Assembly: GCF_006345805.1 (NCBI RefSeq)
Contig: NW_021832437.1
Span: 1-64,000, forward strand
Length of the DNA stretch: 64,000 bases
Direction: 5' to 3'
Source: Octopus sinensis
Lineage: Eukaryota
Part shown: positions 25,292 through 38,673 of the stretch, piece after piece
Numbering within the stretch: the first letter of the stretch is position 1
Layout: each line of letters opens with the position of its first letter
The notes under the pieces: model-generated
Seen by the model: the letters and a program-made list of their open reading frames with translations, nothing else
Database searches by the model: none
Told to the model about the DNA's origin: nothing
Program-made: the position numbers and the translations under genes

Positions 25292-26118
25292 GTGCTCTAC
25301 CCTTATTGCAGCCCCTATTTGTTCCTCGTACTTCTCGAGATTTTTGCTCACTGTTCCCAGGGCTCCGACAATTATTGGTACTACTGCTACCTTTTTCATC
25401 GACCACAAATCTTAACTTCCCAAGCTAACCTGTCATATCTCTCGACTTTTCTTTCTTCATTATCGCATACCTTGTTGTCAGCTGGGTATGCTATGTCTAT
25501 AATCCAGCATAGTTTGTTTTCTTCCACAATTAAGACTATGTCCGGCTTCTTATTCTCAATCTCATGGTCACACTGAATCATAAAATCTCAGAGGATCTTT
25601 GCATTTTTATTTTCGACGATGCCTTCGGGATGTGGTCGTACCAATTTTTTGCTCTGTCAAGTCCATACTTGTTGCAGAGTGTCCAATGGACAAGCCTGGC
25701 TAATGGCGTCTCTTATATTCCTTCTGGGCTAGTGGCGTACATTGGCTGGTAATATGCCATACTGTTTCACCGTTTTGTCCACAGATTCTGCACTTATCAC
25801 TTTCTGCTGTGTTGTCTATTTTGTATTTTATGTAGTTTGTTCTTAGTACTTGCTCCTGAGCAGCACAGATTAGAGCCTCCGTTTCCGGTTTTAAATCCCT
25901 TTTAGTCATCCACAGCTATCTATTTTCTCCGTCTGTCTTATCTTCAAAATCCCTATGAAATTGACCAAGCATTATTTTCTTTACCCACCTATTTTCAGTT
26001 TCATGCATTTTCAATTTCTTGTATAGTGCTTTATCTTTGTAATCTTTCATCCTACACAAGCCTCACCTTCTTACTTCTAATAATAGCGGTTCTGTGGCAT
26101 TTTTTTACATACCATGCT
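25292..26118 (-). mobile_element. R4/Dong family C fragment
   Basis: DLKPETEALICAAQEQ..CRICGQNGETVWHITSQC..RRH; KKPDIVL..IIDIAYPAD. (TTA)n at its 5' side. Confidence 0.88.
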
Positions 26119-26151
26119 ATTATTATTATTATTAATATTATTATTATTATT

Positions 26152-26963
26152 GTCATTTACTTTTAATCTGCATGTTTGATGCAATCACCTGCCGGGGCAC
26201 ACCCAGCGCCCTAGGGCAAGTGAAGGTTAAGAGTTGTTGAAATATAGCTGAAAGCTTGGGGAGGGGAAGTAGAGATATATCTCCATGTAATGCAAACACA
26301 AACATTTACATTGATAGGGTTTTTCTAAGGATGTGGGCAGTACTTGTTAGCACAATCTTTTGGATTTCCTTGAGACATGGTTTTCCAGGGATATTGTCTA
26401 GGTGTTTCTGACATCCCTTTTTTATCATACCTAGGGCACCTACAATAACAGGAACAGTTTTTGTTTTAAGATTCCACATCCTCTGTATTTCGATTTCCAG
26501 GTCCTTATATTTACTAAGTTTGTCAAATTCCTTTACAGATACATTTTTATCAGTGGGGACGCTTACTTCTATTAGTCTGCAGGTATTTTCTTCCCTGTCT
26601 TTAACAATTATGTCTGGTCGCTTGGCCTTGATCGTTCTGTCAGTGTTGACTGGAAAATCCCAGAGGATGGTGACATCTTTACCTTCAACACCTGGCTGAG
26701 GATGGTGTTCATACCAGTTAGTAGGAGTGTCGGATTTGTAGTGTTTACATATCTTCCAATGTATATACTGTCCTACCCTATCGTGGCGATTTTTGTATTC
26801 GTTTGGTGTCAGCACAGGACATCCCGAAACGAGATGGTCTATTGTTTCGTCAAATGTGTCACAGAATCTGCATTTAGGGTCAGTACCGTTTCGGAGAACG
26901 TTAGCCTGGTAATTTCTGGTAAACAAGCTTTGATCTTGTGCTGCCATTATGAAGCCTTCAGTC
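26152..26963 (-). mobile_element. R4/Dong family F, 5'-truncated with intact finger + RLE ORF (26306-26947)
   Basis: CRFCDTFDETIDHLVSGC; AKRPDIIVKD..LIEVSVP..DKLSKYKDL; LTSTAHILRKTLSM*. (TTA)n on both sides. Confidence 0.92.
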
Positions 26964-27013
<50 letters not shown>

Positions 27014-27025
27014 TTATTATTATTA

Positions 27026-27071
<46 letters not shown>

Positions 27072-27075
<4 letters not shown>

Positions 27076-27170
27076 TCACTGCCTGGAATCGAACTCAGAA
27101 TCTTGGGGTTAGTAACCCGCGCTCTTAACCACTACGCCATATCCCCATGGGTGTATGACGTAGTGGTTAA
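27072..27170 (-). mobile_element. Minimal tRNA-like SINE with (AAT)n tail, plus an inverted second head
   Basis: Minus strand reads GGGGATATGGCGTAGTGGTTAAGAGCGCGGGTTACTAACCCCAAGATTCTGAGTTCGATTCCAGGCAGTGACCTG then (AAT)n, with A and B boxes. 17 bp inverted repeat at 27125-27141 and 27154-27170. Confidence 0.75.
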
Positions 27171-27243
27171 CAAACATACATACATACATACATACATGCA
27201 TACATACATACATGCATACATAATGCTTATATTTATACATACG

Positions 27244-27823
27244 TAATTTGGGATAGAGAAAAGAAACTGCACAGTTGTGAAAATTAGCTGCCCAGCGGAT
27301 GTTAACATAAAGCTGAAGATCAGTGAAAATGAGAATACCTACGCTGAACTATTGAGAAATCTGCAATTACTCTATCCAGATTACTAGTTCAGGTTTATAC
27401 CTATAATTATTGGAGCCCTGGGATACGTAACACAGTGCCGAAATACCTATCTTAAGAAATTAGACTTTTCAATACCAGAAAGGAGGAAGCTAATTCGAAG
27501 ACTGCAGATCCAATCTATCACTGGAACTGTAAAAATCTGGTAAACTTTCCAGAAGTTTTTCACTTATATATATATGCAACTATATGCATGAGAATACATA
27601 CATAAAACATACAAATCTGCACATCCATCCATCCATCCATCCATCCGTGCATCCATCCATTCATACATACATACATACATACATACATACATACATACAT
27701 ACATACATACATACATACCCTATTGTTGATGTTGAAATTTCAATGAAGGAGCCTTGGATCTAGGTTAGAAACCAATTCTTTGTCTATTGGCAAGAAATAT
27801 TGAAATATACTGAATAATAACAT
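27244..27823 (+). mobile_element. Family T R4-like element (RLE end + bipartite 3' UTR) in (TACA)n
   Basis: IWDREKKL..VVKISCPADVNIKLKISE.ENTYAELLRNLQLLYPDY.F.FIPIIIGALG, then UTR1, (CATC/CATA)n and the terminal module. Confidence 0.82.
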
Positions 27824-29856
27824 ATATTCATACATACATGTATGTATGTATGTATGTATGTATGTATGTATGTATGTATGTAGTATGTATGTATGTATGT
27901 ATCCCACAGGCGCACAAAAAAATACCTGCACGTGTGCGCCAATATGTTCTTATATAGCTTTAAAATTAAGCGGTCTACAACTTGCCGAGAACTACTATGT
28001 TTCCCAACCGACCAGAAACATTACCTCCCTCTCCTTCCCCCACTCCTAACAAATTCTTAATTGACACAACACCTACATCTTCTTTGTCTTTGACTCTGTT
28101 TAAAAGTATTTACTGGTTGCCACAATATATTTACTTATATATTCTACAGTAGATCCCAGCATATATTTACAAATATATTCCCCTAGATAGCTTCAAAAAT
28201 ACCAAAGTTTCCCCCTACTCGTCCCCTCACATTTTCATATTCTTATTCTTTTCCTTAACAAAGTTAAATATTTACCCCCTCCCATATATTACTTCTTCAC
28301 AGATATGCCTTCCCTTTTCTTCCCAATTTCTATGCTTTCCACGCATTTTCGATCGAATCTGTTGCAAGTCAACATGAGATCCCTTGACGAAAATGTTAAC
28401 TTCTTTTGATTAATGTATCTTTGGCCCGACAGCTACCTAGCACACTACCCCTCGTTTAGAAAATTACTACTTCCGAAGTTCTGATAGCTATGAAACATAT
28501 ATAGCTTGGATTTTATCAGCTCTGTTCCCTAGGATAAAAACAAAAGACGAAGACAGGTGAAGGAACAAGCACCTGTATTAGTTTAACGCTCGGGAAGAAT
28601 GGAAAAGTGTTTGATTTTCAGAGCCTATACTCTTCGACAGGATGGATTAAGAGAGAAAAAAAAAAGACAGTGAGATAATGAAAAGATAGAGAGAGAAAAA
28701 ATATGTAGGAAGTAACGCAGTGATTGTCAACTTTGTTTTTCCCAGTGGCACACCATGGAACACACGAAAAAATAGCGGTACACCTGGCTAAACATATATG
28801 AAAAATATTTGAAGTTTGCAAAATAAAAACATGATAAGTTATAGACGGCATACAACAGTAGACATAGACTAGCCATAGACACATAGAATGATTCAAACTA
28901 AATAGAGAAAAATACAAACATGAACTTACTTTATTGCAGTGTTTCGAATTTCATTTGTCAAATAGCTGGCTTCTTTAGTGAGTAATTTGTACCTGGCTTT
29001 TATTCGTAATTTCCTCAATGTCTGGTCGAATATGATACAGACACACCCTCATTTCTTGTTCTGTTGTATGTAATCTCTCATGCTTATTGCTTTTGATGTT
29101 TTTTAATGCTGAGAAGACTAATTCACATACATAAGAAGTTGAAAATTGTAATAAAATTGCTAAAGCTCTTTTACATACTCCCCTTGAATTGAAATCCAAA
29201 ACGAATCAATGGGCAGAGTCGAATATTTTAATTCTAACCCGTGGTCACAAGAAAAGATGGCCAATTCTTCTTCCTGTGACTCAAGCTCAATGCTGGAAGA
29301 ATTCTTTATGAAAAGATCCAATCGTACTTTTCTGTCTTTAATGACGGAAAGTAATTGTTGATGCTTTCGTCCAGGGCTCTCAGATGAGTAACCACAATAG
29401 GGATAATTTCATAGGGATCAATGCAGTTAGAACGCAATAAAGGAAACATATCAAGACTACCAGTGATTGCTTTTTTTTTCCAAATCACAATTTTCTTTTT
29501 GAGAATAACTAGCTTGTCTGTTGAAGTGAGAATATTTTCGTTTTTACCTTGCATACTGCTATGTTTGTTTTGCTTAGTTCACTAAATATCTATGTTAGGT
29601 ATTCCATTTTAGACATCCTAAATTCGCAACTAAGATATTCACAAACTTTCTCCTGCTTTTCCTGGAGAAAAAATTGGTAGTAATTCCTTGTGCAGTTCGT
29701 GAACACGATTTAGTACTTTGCTTTTCGCCAGCCAGCGAATCTCAATGTGCATTAATAACATAACATACTGAGGATCCTTTGCACAGTTGTTCAAATAATC
29801 GTGACTTCAATGGCCTACATTTTATACAATTGACCATTCCAACAACTTGATGTAAC

Positions 29857-30107
29857 CAGTGGCGGACTGGGTCTAAAAATATTGGTTGCCAGGGGACTAA
29901 GGGGGCTCAGCCGCAACTACAGTGCTATCGCTTAATTTATTTTGTTAAAAGTATTCTTTTCAACTGTCTATAAACACAGCCAGGTTCAAATAATTGATTC
30001 ATTCTTCCAGGAATGAATTAAAAATTCACTTAGATACTATATGAATTCTAATGGCGCAGGGTTCCGCTTATATTTGGCAAGCTGGTAACGTGGCCAGTCC
30101 GCCACTG
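29857..30107. mobile_element. 251 bp hAT-type MITE nested in the hAT transposase
   Basis: Perfect 14 bp TIR CAGTGGCGGACTGG / CCAGTCCGCCACTG. Perfect 8 bp TSD GATGTAAC at 29849-29856 and 30108-30115. Confidence 0.95.
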
Positions 30108-30930
30108 GATGTAACACAACCTTTAAATCTTCCTTCAATATTTTTGAAACAAGAACTTCTCTATGTAGAAAGCAATTAGTACGAATGAGATCTGGATCTT
30201 CTTTTTCCACGAAAGATACAAATCCTTTAATACAGCCTGTCATACATGGGGCTCCAACGGTACAAATGCCAACACAGGATCTCCAAGACAACTTCATTTC
30301 TTTGAGGTAGCCTGTTATCAAATCAAAAATATCTTGACCTCTTGCAGTTGTAGACATTTCTTTACATCACAAAAAATGATTATTTCATTCTCGTCAATAA
30401 AACGTACAAATGCAAGCAATTGACTGTTATTACTGATGCCAGTGGTTTCATCCACGGTTAAAGCAAAATTAGAATCCTTAAGCTTTTTCTGAACATTGTC
30501 TTCAATAATTTTCGATATATCTAAGATTCTTTTACGTATTGTATCATTTGAAAGCTGGATATTGTTCAATTCCTTCTCAGCCTTTTCACCAAACATGGAT
30601 TTTACCATCTTTTTACAAGCTAGGAGGATGACTGACTTAGCAAGCGTGTGGGATTTAGATGTTAATGCCACCTGAATTGACGCTAGCTGGGCTCGTTCAT
30701 ACACGGTCATTATTTTTTCAAAATAACTTCGCCGGTTTGATTTCTGCTCTAACAGTTTTTGAAAAATAATCAAGTTTTTCATCTTTCAGCAATGAATGTT
30801 TTGAATTAAAATGTCTTTCTAACTTACTTGGTACTATGGATTCATTTGACATTGTTTCACCGCATACTACACATGATGGACTTGGTTTGTCAATGACACC
30901 AGACCAATAAAATTCAAATTTCAAATAATT

Positions 30931-31057
30931 TTCGCCGAGGTCGACTTTGCCTTTCATCCTTTCGGGGTCGATAAATTAAGTACCAGTTGCGTACTAGGTT
31001 CGATCTAATCGTCTGGCCCCCTCCCCCCAAATTTCGGGGCTTGTACATAGAGTAGAA
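30931..31057 (+). mobile_element. SINE S1 (5'-truncated) inserted in the hAT transposase N-terminus
   Basis: CCGAGGTCGACTTTGCCTTTCATCCTTTCGGGGTCGATAAATTAAGTACCAGTT interrupts ..NRQY/ENYLKF. Confidence 0.85.
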
Positions 31058-31544
31058 AAGAATATTGTCGATTAAGGTTCATCTTTTTTATACAATAGAG
31101 GTTGTTGGTTGTTCACCTCTGTACTTAGACTCATCACTGATATCTTTCCTTTTCAAATATTTATCCATTGTGAAGGCTCATGAAATATCAATATGACAGT
31201 TTTGGGTAGGATTGTCTATATTGGGATAACAGAGTCTTTCGGTTCCACAAAACCTTCTCTTTCGAGTACAAACACAACAAAACAATAAAAATATGTCTTC
31301 CTACCTAAAATTGATGTTTTATGAGACCATGTCTAGCTGGAAATCAATTTTCGATGTAGTCCGCTATTGATCATTGAGCGCGTTGTGCACCTATTCCACG
31401 ACGTCAAACTTAGGGTCGATCATTTCTACAAATAATAGACTTAAACTCAGGACATAATAATGAAATGAATGGTTCCGTGAAAAAAGTCGTAACTGTTGTT
31501 CCCTGAACGCCTGCCCTTTAGATAGTCAGTGCTCACGCAATAAT

Positions 31545-31885
31545 GTAGTGTATAAATGTGAGGTAAGCACTCTAAAAGAGCCTAAAAAAGAGTATATTAG
31601 GAGTACCACGATTTTCAAGTATAGGTATAGAGCGCATATAAATTCATTTATAAATACTGGGTCAAAAATCTCAGCTGCCTCGGCCCATTTATATTAACAA
31701 ATAAAAGAATAGCAATAAAACATACACCTTAAAATGGTCAATTATAGGTGAGTATATTCTATATAATACTCACACAAAAGCAGTAAATTAAGCTTAAAGG
31801 AAGCTGTTAATATATTAAGAACTGACAAGAAATTATTGCTTAATATGATCTCTGAGGTTTTGATCTCCTGCCGACACAATCTTCT
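31545..31885 (+). mobile_element. Penelope-like GIY-YIG C-terminal remnant
   Basis: NVVYKCEV...KKEYI.ST..FKYRYRAHINSF...KWSII...ISCRH. Confidence 0.7.
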
Positions 31886-32157
31886 TTCAATTTTTAAATT
31901 GTTTTCAGTTTAATAAAAAAATATATATGCTGATTAGGTTTCCCTGTCTAGTTTTTGACTTACACTGAATGTTATTCTTGCATATGACTTAGAATAGCTA
32001 TATAAGATTTCTTCCGTCTTTAGTAGTCATACGATATGAAAGTTTATTTTATGCTTAGGCACTCCGGATTTTTGAGATTTTTATACTTATTTACAATTTT
32101 TACATCACTGTTTGAAACTCGAAACTTTAAACATTTGAAACTCTTTTATAATTACGA

Positions 32158-32239
32158 ATCTCTGATGAAGGAAATGTGATTACCGAAGCTGAAAAGATGA
32201 ATCTACCTTTTTGCACGTTCCTTGAAACGGCCGTAAGAT
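32158..32239 (+). ncRNA. Type I hammerhead ribozyme motif (PLE type)
   Basis: ATCT CTGATGA AGGAAATGTG...CACGTTCCTT GAAAC GGCC GTA AGAT. Stem I is ATCT/AGAT, stem III is palindromic ACGGCCGT, and the cleavage triplet is GUA. Confidence 0.72.
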
Positions 32240-32469
32240 GTTTTTCTTATTATTTGATTCATTCGAGGACTTCCTTTCAAATCACTGTTATCTTATCCGG
32301 TATATGTATATGGACGCTGTCATCCAACCTTGATTTTGATTGGGATTTTATGGAGAAATATATACGGAATAATAAATATATATATATTGTTATAGTACCG
32401 GCTTGAATATGTTTTGGTTTTGACCAGGAATAACTTGATACGTGAATCTGCCTTCTCTTTATTGAATTT

Positions 32470-32512
<43 letters not shown>

Positions 32513-32569
32513 AGAGATACAACGTTTTTGCAGCTCCATAGTCCTTGTCATAGTCTTTGTTCAAGATCA

Positions 32570-34050
32570 TTCCCTGTAGTTTAACCACTACCCCACTCTT
32601 TCATCCTGTATTCACACCCGTCGTATCAGCAATAATCATTGGGTTTGCGCCTCATGAGTACAGCTTTTTGTTCTCAGCATTGTACCATTGACCGTGAACT
32701 TTGGTTATGGTTCATCGATGACGTCATTTTTGTCTGGGAAGGATCGCAGGATACTTTAATTGACTTCTTGCATTTCTGTGACTGTTATGCTAAAAACTAT
32801 ATTTACGTCCAGTTTTTCAAAAACTAACGTTGAATTTTTGGACACAAAAGTTAAGTTTTCTGGAAGCACAATAATGACATAGTTATTTTGTTAGGCCACG
32901 TCATCCGACATTTATCTCTGCCGCCGCTCCGATCATCCACATCAAATTATTCAGTCATATCCAAAATCCCAATTTTTTAGGATAAAACGGAGGGGATTAC
33001 TGGAAACATGCTTTTGTACTTCATGTCAAACGAGGTTACAGTAAATCATGATTAAAGGAAATAGCAAATGAAATAGCTAAGATTACAAAAGATAGGCAAA
33101 CCTTCAGGTATAATTTTAGCAAGCGCAATACAATAGATGACAGAATTCCTTTAGTGATTAACTGTCACGAAAATTTCGCTGGCATTTCAAAAGTGTTGCA
33201 TGAAAGTTACCAGCATGTGGCGAAAAATTATCCTCGTTTCAAACAGATATTTTCTCACCCGCCTATTGTCGCCTTTAGACGGAATAAGAATATAAGAGAA
33301 TTATTGAACTCTATTTCTGACTCCAAAGTGTATCTGTACGCTGTACCTTGAAAAACAGCCGCAAAAGAGGTAAGCCCTCTTTATTGTGCGACATGAGTCA
33401 AGTGGATATTATTTATACAGAAGGTGGGACAAGTAGAGATTCCCATTTGGTGTACGTGGCAGAATGCACGAAACACAACTTGATTTATGTTTGTTGTACA
33501 AATGAACAATTGAACAAAAGATTTAATAGGCACAAATATGACGCCAGGCACAATAACAGTAGTTCAACAGAACTTGCCGAACATTTTGCTTTAAACGTCT
33601 GCAATTTTGAAAAAAAACTTGAAAGTGCATATTCTCAGAAAATATTCTGAATCTGCTTCACTTTCACTTTTCAAAATGCATGAGGAGAAATATGTTTGCG
33701 GGTTATTAACACCACGTCCTGGAGGAATGAATAAAATGATAGGAGAATATCATCAAATTTATACAGAACTGATTCATAAAATATCCTTCTTTCTTTTCCT
33801 TTATTTTTTTTCTTTCTTCTTTCTCTCTTTTTCTCTCTTTTTCTGTCTTTTTCTGTCTTTTTCTTTTTGCCTGTTATGAAATTGAAACTTAAAGACTGAT
33901 GATGCCATTCCATCAAGGTGTGGACGCTGGTTGCTCCCGTTCATACTTTAAATTAAATTTCTGTAATTCTGAATTTTTATCACCTCTTATTTCGAACTCG
34001 ACAAAGACAGACTTACTGTCGAAATATCGTTGAACCAATAAAATATCAAT
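32570..34050 (+). mobile_element. Degraded Penelope-like (Neptune-type) element
   Basis: LWLWFIDDVIFVW (RT); PPIVAFRRNKNIRELL; HLVYVAECTKHNLIYV...LNKRFNRHKYD..ELAEHF...LLTPRPGGMN (GIY-YIG). Confidence 0.82.
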
Positions 34051-34144
34051 TACAACTGAATCATGCTGTTCGTCTTGACTGTTTACCTTTGTGACGAGTT
34101 ATGGCATTCCTTTTAAAATATTATTACTATTGTTATTATTATTA

Positions 34145-34203
<59 letters not shown>

Positions 34204-34244
34204 TATTATTATTATTATTATTATTATTGTTGTTGTTGTTGTTG

Positions 34245-34281
<37 letters not shown>

Positions 34282-34282
<1 letters not shown>

Positions 34283-35417
34283 GCCTTTGCGCAGCTTCTA
34301 ACATTGGAGATGTACTACAATGTCAGCTGTTCACTATCAGTGAACACAGGTAACACCTCTTATCTTTCCAGCACCTTCCCGAGTATTCGAATGGTTGCAA
34401 GCAGTGCTGTTATCTGCAAGCAATACTGTTATCTGCAAGTGCTCCACCCTTACTGCAGCCCCTATTTGTTCCACTGCTACCTTTTTCCTCGACCACAACT
34501 GCTTAACTTCCCAAGCTAACCTGTCATATCTCTCGACTTTTCTTTCTTCATTATCGCATAACTTATTGTCAGACGAGCATGCTATATCTATGATCCAGCA
34601 TAGTTTGTTTTCTTTCTCAATTACGACTATGTCCGGTTTCCTATTCTCTATCTCATGGTCACACTGAATCCTAAAATCCCATAGAATCATTGCATTTCTA
34701 TTTTCGACGATGCCTTCGGGTTCCTGGTCGTACCAATTTTTTGCTTTGTCAAGTCTATACTTGTTGCAGAGTGTCCAATGGACAAGCCTGGCTAGTGGCG
34801 TCTCTTATATTCATTCTATGCTAGTGGCGTACATATGCCATACGGTTTCACCGTTTTGTCCACAGATTCTGCACTTATCACTTTCTGCTGTGTTATCTAT
34901 TCTGTATTTTATGTTATTTGTTCTTAGTGTTTGCTCTTGGGCAGCACAGATTAGAGCCCCCGTTTCCGGTTTTAAATTACTTTTAGTCATCCACAGCCAT
35001 TTTTCTCTGTCTGTCTTATCTTCAAAATCCCTATGAAATTGACCATGCATTTTTTTCTTTACCCACCTATTTTCAGTTTCATGCGTTTTCAATTTCTTGT
35101 ATTGTGCTTTCATCCTACACAAGCCTGACCTTCTTTTATAATAGCTGTTCTGTGGCATTTTCTACATACCATGCTATGTTGTTTTCTTCTGCTCAATCCT
35201 GTGTTCGTATCCAGTAAGTACTCTTCCCACTCTTTTCTTGGTACATACAGTCTGTCTGTGTCACTTTTTGGTTGGAGTGACCCATATTTAGTTAGCAACT
35301 TCCTTGTCTTTATGTCAAAGCCGTATAGTTCGTCTATTGTCCATGCGATTACCCCTGCTCCATATCTAAGGAGTGAAACCGCCCAGTTGTTGATAGATTC
35401 GATCTTATTCCGTCCAT
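34282..35417 (-). mobile_element. R4/Dong family C, 5'-truncated
   Basis: DRLYVPRK; CRICGQNGETVWH; NRKPDIVV..IIDIAC. Same 3' UTR as 9975-10054. (TTA)n on both sides. Confidence 0.9.
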
Positions 35418-35445
35418 ATTATTATTATTATTATTATTATTATCA

Positions 35446-35538
<93 letters not shown>

Positions 35539-38446
35539 CAGTAGTTTTATTTTTATAGCGTGCTTTCACTTCACTACCGAGCGCAGCTCTGTGTGCCTTG
35601 GGTATGTCCTGTGATTTGTTGTGATGTTCTGATGGTTATAGTATGGAAAGTGTTCTGCGTAGGATGTGTGCAGTGCCTAGTAGTGCAATTTTCTGTATGT
35701 TATATGTGTTTGTAAGTCCTGGTGTTTTGTTATTTATTTGTCTGAATATTTTTTATCATGCCTAATGTACCTACTATGATAGGAATTGTTTCTGTTTTTA
35801 GATTCCACATTATGGTTACCTCTATTTCCAGGTATTTGTATTTTGAAAGTTTCTCCATTTCTTTTAGAGACACGTTGTCATCTGCTGGTATTGATACATC
35901 AATTAGAAAATATCTTTTTCTTCATGATCTCTGACAACTATATCTGGTCTGTTGGCCTTAATTTCTCTATCTGTGTGTATCGGCATATCCCAGAGTATGG
36001 TTGCTTTCTCGTTTTCTGTGACCTTTTCTGGTGTGTGCCTATACCATCTTTTTTCTGTTGTTATTCCATAATGTTGGCATAGCTTCCCGTGTATGTAGGT
36101 TCCAACTCTGTCATGTCTGTGAATATATTCCTTCTTAGCCAGGACTGGGCAGCTAGAGATAATATGATTTATTGTTCCTTGTCCATCTCCACATATTCTG
36201 CAGTTACTTGTAATATTTCTTTTCATTGCATGTTTTTGGTAATTTCTGGTGGTCTTGTGCTGCAATTAAAAATCCCTCTGTCTCTGCTTTGAGTCCTGAG
36301 CTTCTCAACCATTGCTGGGATTTTTCTTTGTCTATTTCTTTTGCATTTAGTTTAGTCCAGTATTTATCATGAAGGGGTTTTTCTTGCTATCGTTTTATCA
36401 TGGTTCTTTGCTGTTCTAGTTTTAGTTAGGATTTCATTTGTTTTATAGCTCTTCTTCTTCTTCTTCTTCTTCTTCTTCTTCTTCTTCTTCTTCTTCTTCT
36501 TCTTCTTCTTCTTCTTCTTCTTCTTCTTCTTCTTCTTCTTCTTCTTCTTCTTCTTCTTCTTCTTCTTCTTCTTCATATTTGTTGGGTGGTATGATTTCTT
36601 GTTTGTATTTGTTAGCTTCCTTAAATACTGAGAACAGTTTTTTGATTTGCTCGTGTTTTGCCGCTATTTGTATCAGTTTTCCTTCCTTCTGAAGTAGATA
36701 TTTTTGCAGTCCTATGGTGGTTATTTTATATTAGTTTTCCAGCTGTATACGACATCTACCATATATACGTTGTATATATAGTCTTTCTATGTCAGATTTT
36801 GGGTGATGCATCCTAGATCCTGTCATTATTTTTCTTGTTTTCTTATCTATTTTGGTCAGTTCATTTAGTGTCCAGTTAAGGATATTGTAGCTTTAACTTA
36901 TAACTGGGACAGCTAAAGTGTTAATACCTATTATCTTGTTTTTAGCATTGAGCTCTGTTTTTAGTATTGATCTAACTCGTCTATAATATTCTTTTTTATT
37001 TTCTCTTTCATTTGTGTGTGTTGTGTCTTATCTAGTTCATGGATTCCTAAGTATTTGTAAGTTTGGCTTTGGTCTAATTCTTTTATTTCATTGGTTTTAT
37101 CTAGTGTGATGTTGCTACTCTTGACTAGTTTTCCTCCTTTCATGGTTACTTTGGCGCATTTTTCTAATCCAAATTTCATATCTATTTCTTTGGTAAATCC
37201 ATGAACTGTCTTTAATAGTGTTTCCAGCTGTTTGTCATTTGCAGCGTATAGTTTTAGGTTATCCATATATAAAAGGTGGCTGATCGTTTTGCCGTAACAT
37301 TTATATCCGCATCCAGTTCTATTTAGCATATCAGATAGAAGTGACAGTGCCAAGCTGAAAAGGAGTGGATGGAGCGTGTCTCCTTGGAATATTCCTCTTC
37401 TAATGGGGATGGCTTTGGTTTTCATGAGTCCCTCTTTTGTTTGGAGCTGTAGCACTGCTTGCCATTTATTCATAGAGTGTCCTATGAATTTTATAATTAT
37501 TGTTGCTACTTTGTTAATGGCTAGTGTTTCGAGGATCCATGTGTGGGGGATGCTATCAAACACCTTTTTGTAGTCAATCCAGGCCATACTGAGGCCTTTC
37601 TTCTTTCTGTGGCTGTCTTCAGTTATGGCTTTATTGATCATTAGTTGATTTTTACAGCCATATGAGCCTTTGCGGCATCCTTTCTGCTCTTCTGGAAACA
37701 GGTTGTTTTCGTCCAGGTGCTTGTTCAACCTTTGCGATATCACTGCAGTAAATGCCTTGTACATTGTATGGAGACCGGTTATAGGTCTGTAGTTTTCTGG
37801 TTTTGCTGTCTCATTTGATTTGGGAATTAAGATGGTTTTCCCCTTCGTGAGCCATTCAGGCATTGTCTCTGGCTCTGCTAGTATGTTGTTAAAATTTTCA
37901 GCCAGCTTTTTGTGCATTCCTGTTAGATATTTCAACCAGAAGTTGGGGATCTTGTCATGCCCAGGTGCCTTCCAGTTGCTTAGTCTTTGCAGTGCCTGGG
38001 TGACCTCTTCAGTTGTTATGGGGGTCCAAAGTTGTTCAGATGCTGAATTTGTTGTTTTAATACTCCTTTTTTTTGGTTGTTCGTTCGCCGACCATATTTC
38101 TCTCCAGAATTCTTCTGTCGTTGTGCTGCAGTGATTTCTATTTTATTTTCGCCAAGTTCTTGGTAGAACTTTTTGGGGTTGGAGTTGAACTTTTTGTTTT
38201 GTTCAAAGAAACGTTGGCGTTTCTAATACCGGCGGATCCTTTGTGCTCTGGCAAGGATATCTTGCTTCAGCTTTTCTTTTATCTCAGGTAAATCTTTTTC
38301 TGTGATGTTGTATTTGCGGAGTATTTTTGTTTTCTTTTTGTTGCTCAGTAGCGTTGATTGTCTACTGGTTTCATTAAGAATCGACAGATCTTTTCTCATT
38401 TTTTGTATTTTGTTTTGGATGTTATTTATCCACAGGGTTTGTTTGG
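35539..38446 (-). mobile_element. R4/Dong family A, more diverged 5'-truncated copy with a 324 aa RT ORF
   Basis: Homologous to 4560-7404. ORF 36961-37935. Expanded (GAA)n at 36451-36574. Confidence 0.93.
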
Positions 38447-38550
38447 ATAAATCCCATTGATATATATTTAAAATAATATAAATGAATTAATCTTATGTAT
38501 TGGCTTAAGTTTTTCATTGTATGATTTGCCTAATAGTGGTTTTATATCTA

Positions 38551-38673
<123 letters not shown>

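Larger units (their letters stand above)
28718..31500 (-). mobile_element. Decayed hAT DNA transposon, Buster/Charlie type
   Basis: ATG near 31170 (MDKYLKRK); BED finger CVVCGETMSNESIVPSKLERHF; FALTVDETT..QLLAFVRF; HIEIRWLAK; C-terminal FSTSYVCE..FSAL. Candidate TIR CAGTGATTGTCAAC at 28718; the other end is not resolved. Confidence 0.88.

Noticed and set aside
27072-27146. Functional tRNA gene (also 61750-61828)
   Set aside because: The acceptor stem is not well formed, and tails or bodies indicate SINE heads.
31480-31520. Second TIR of the Buster-type hAT
   Set aside because: Only a weak match (CAGGCGTTC) and no matching 8 bp TSD.
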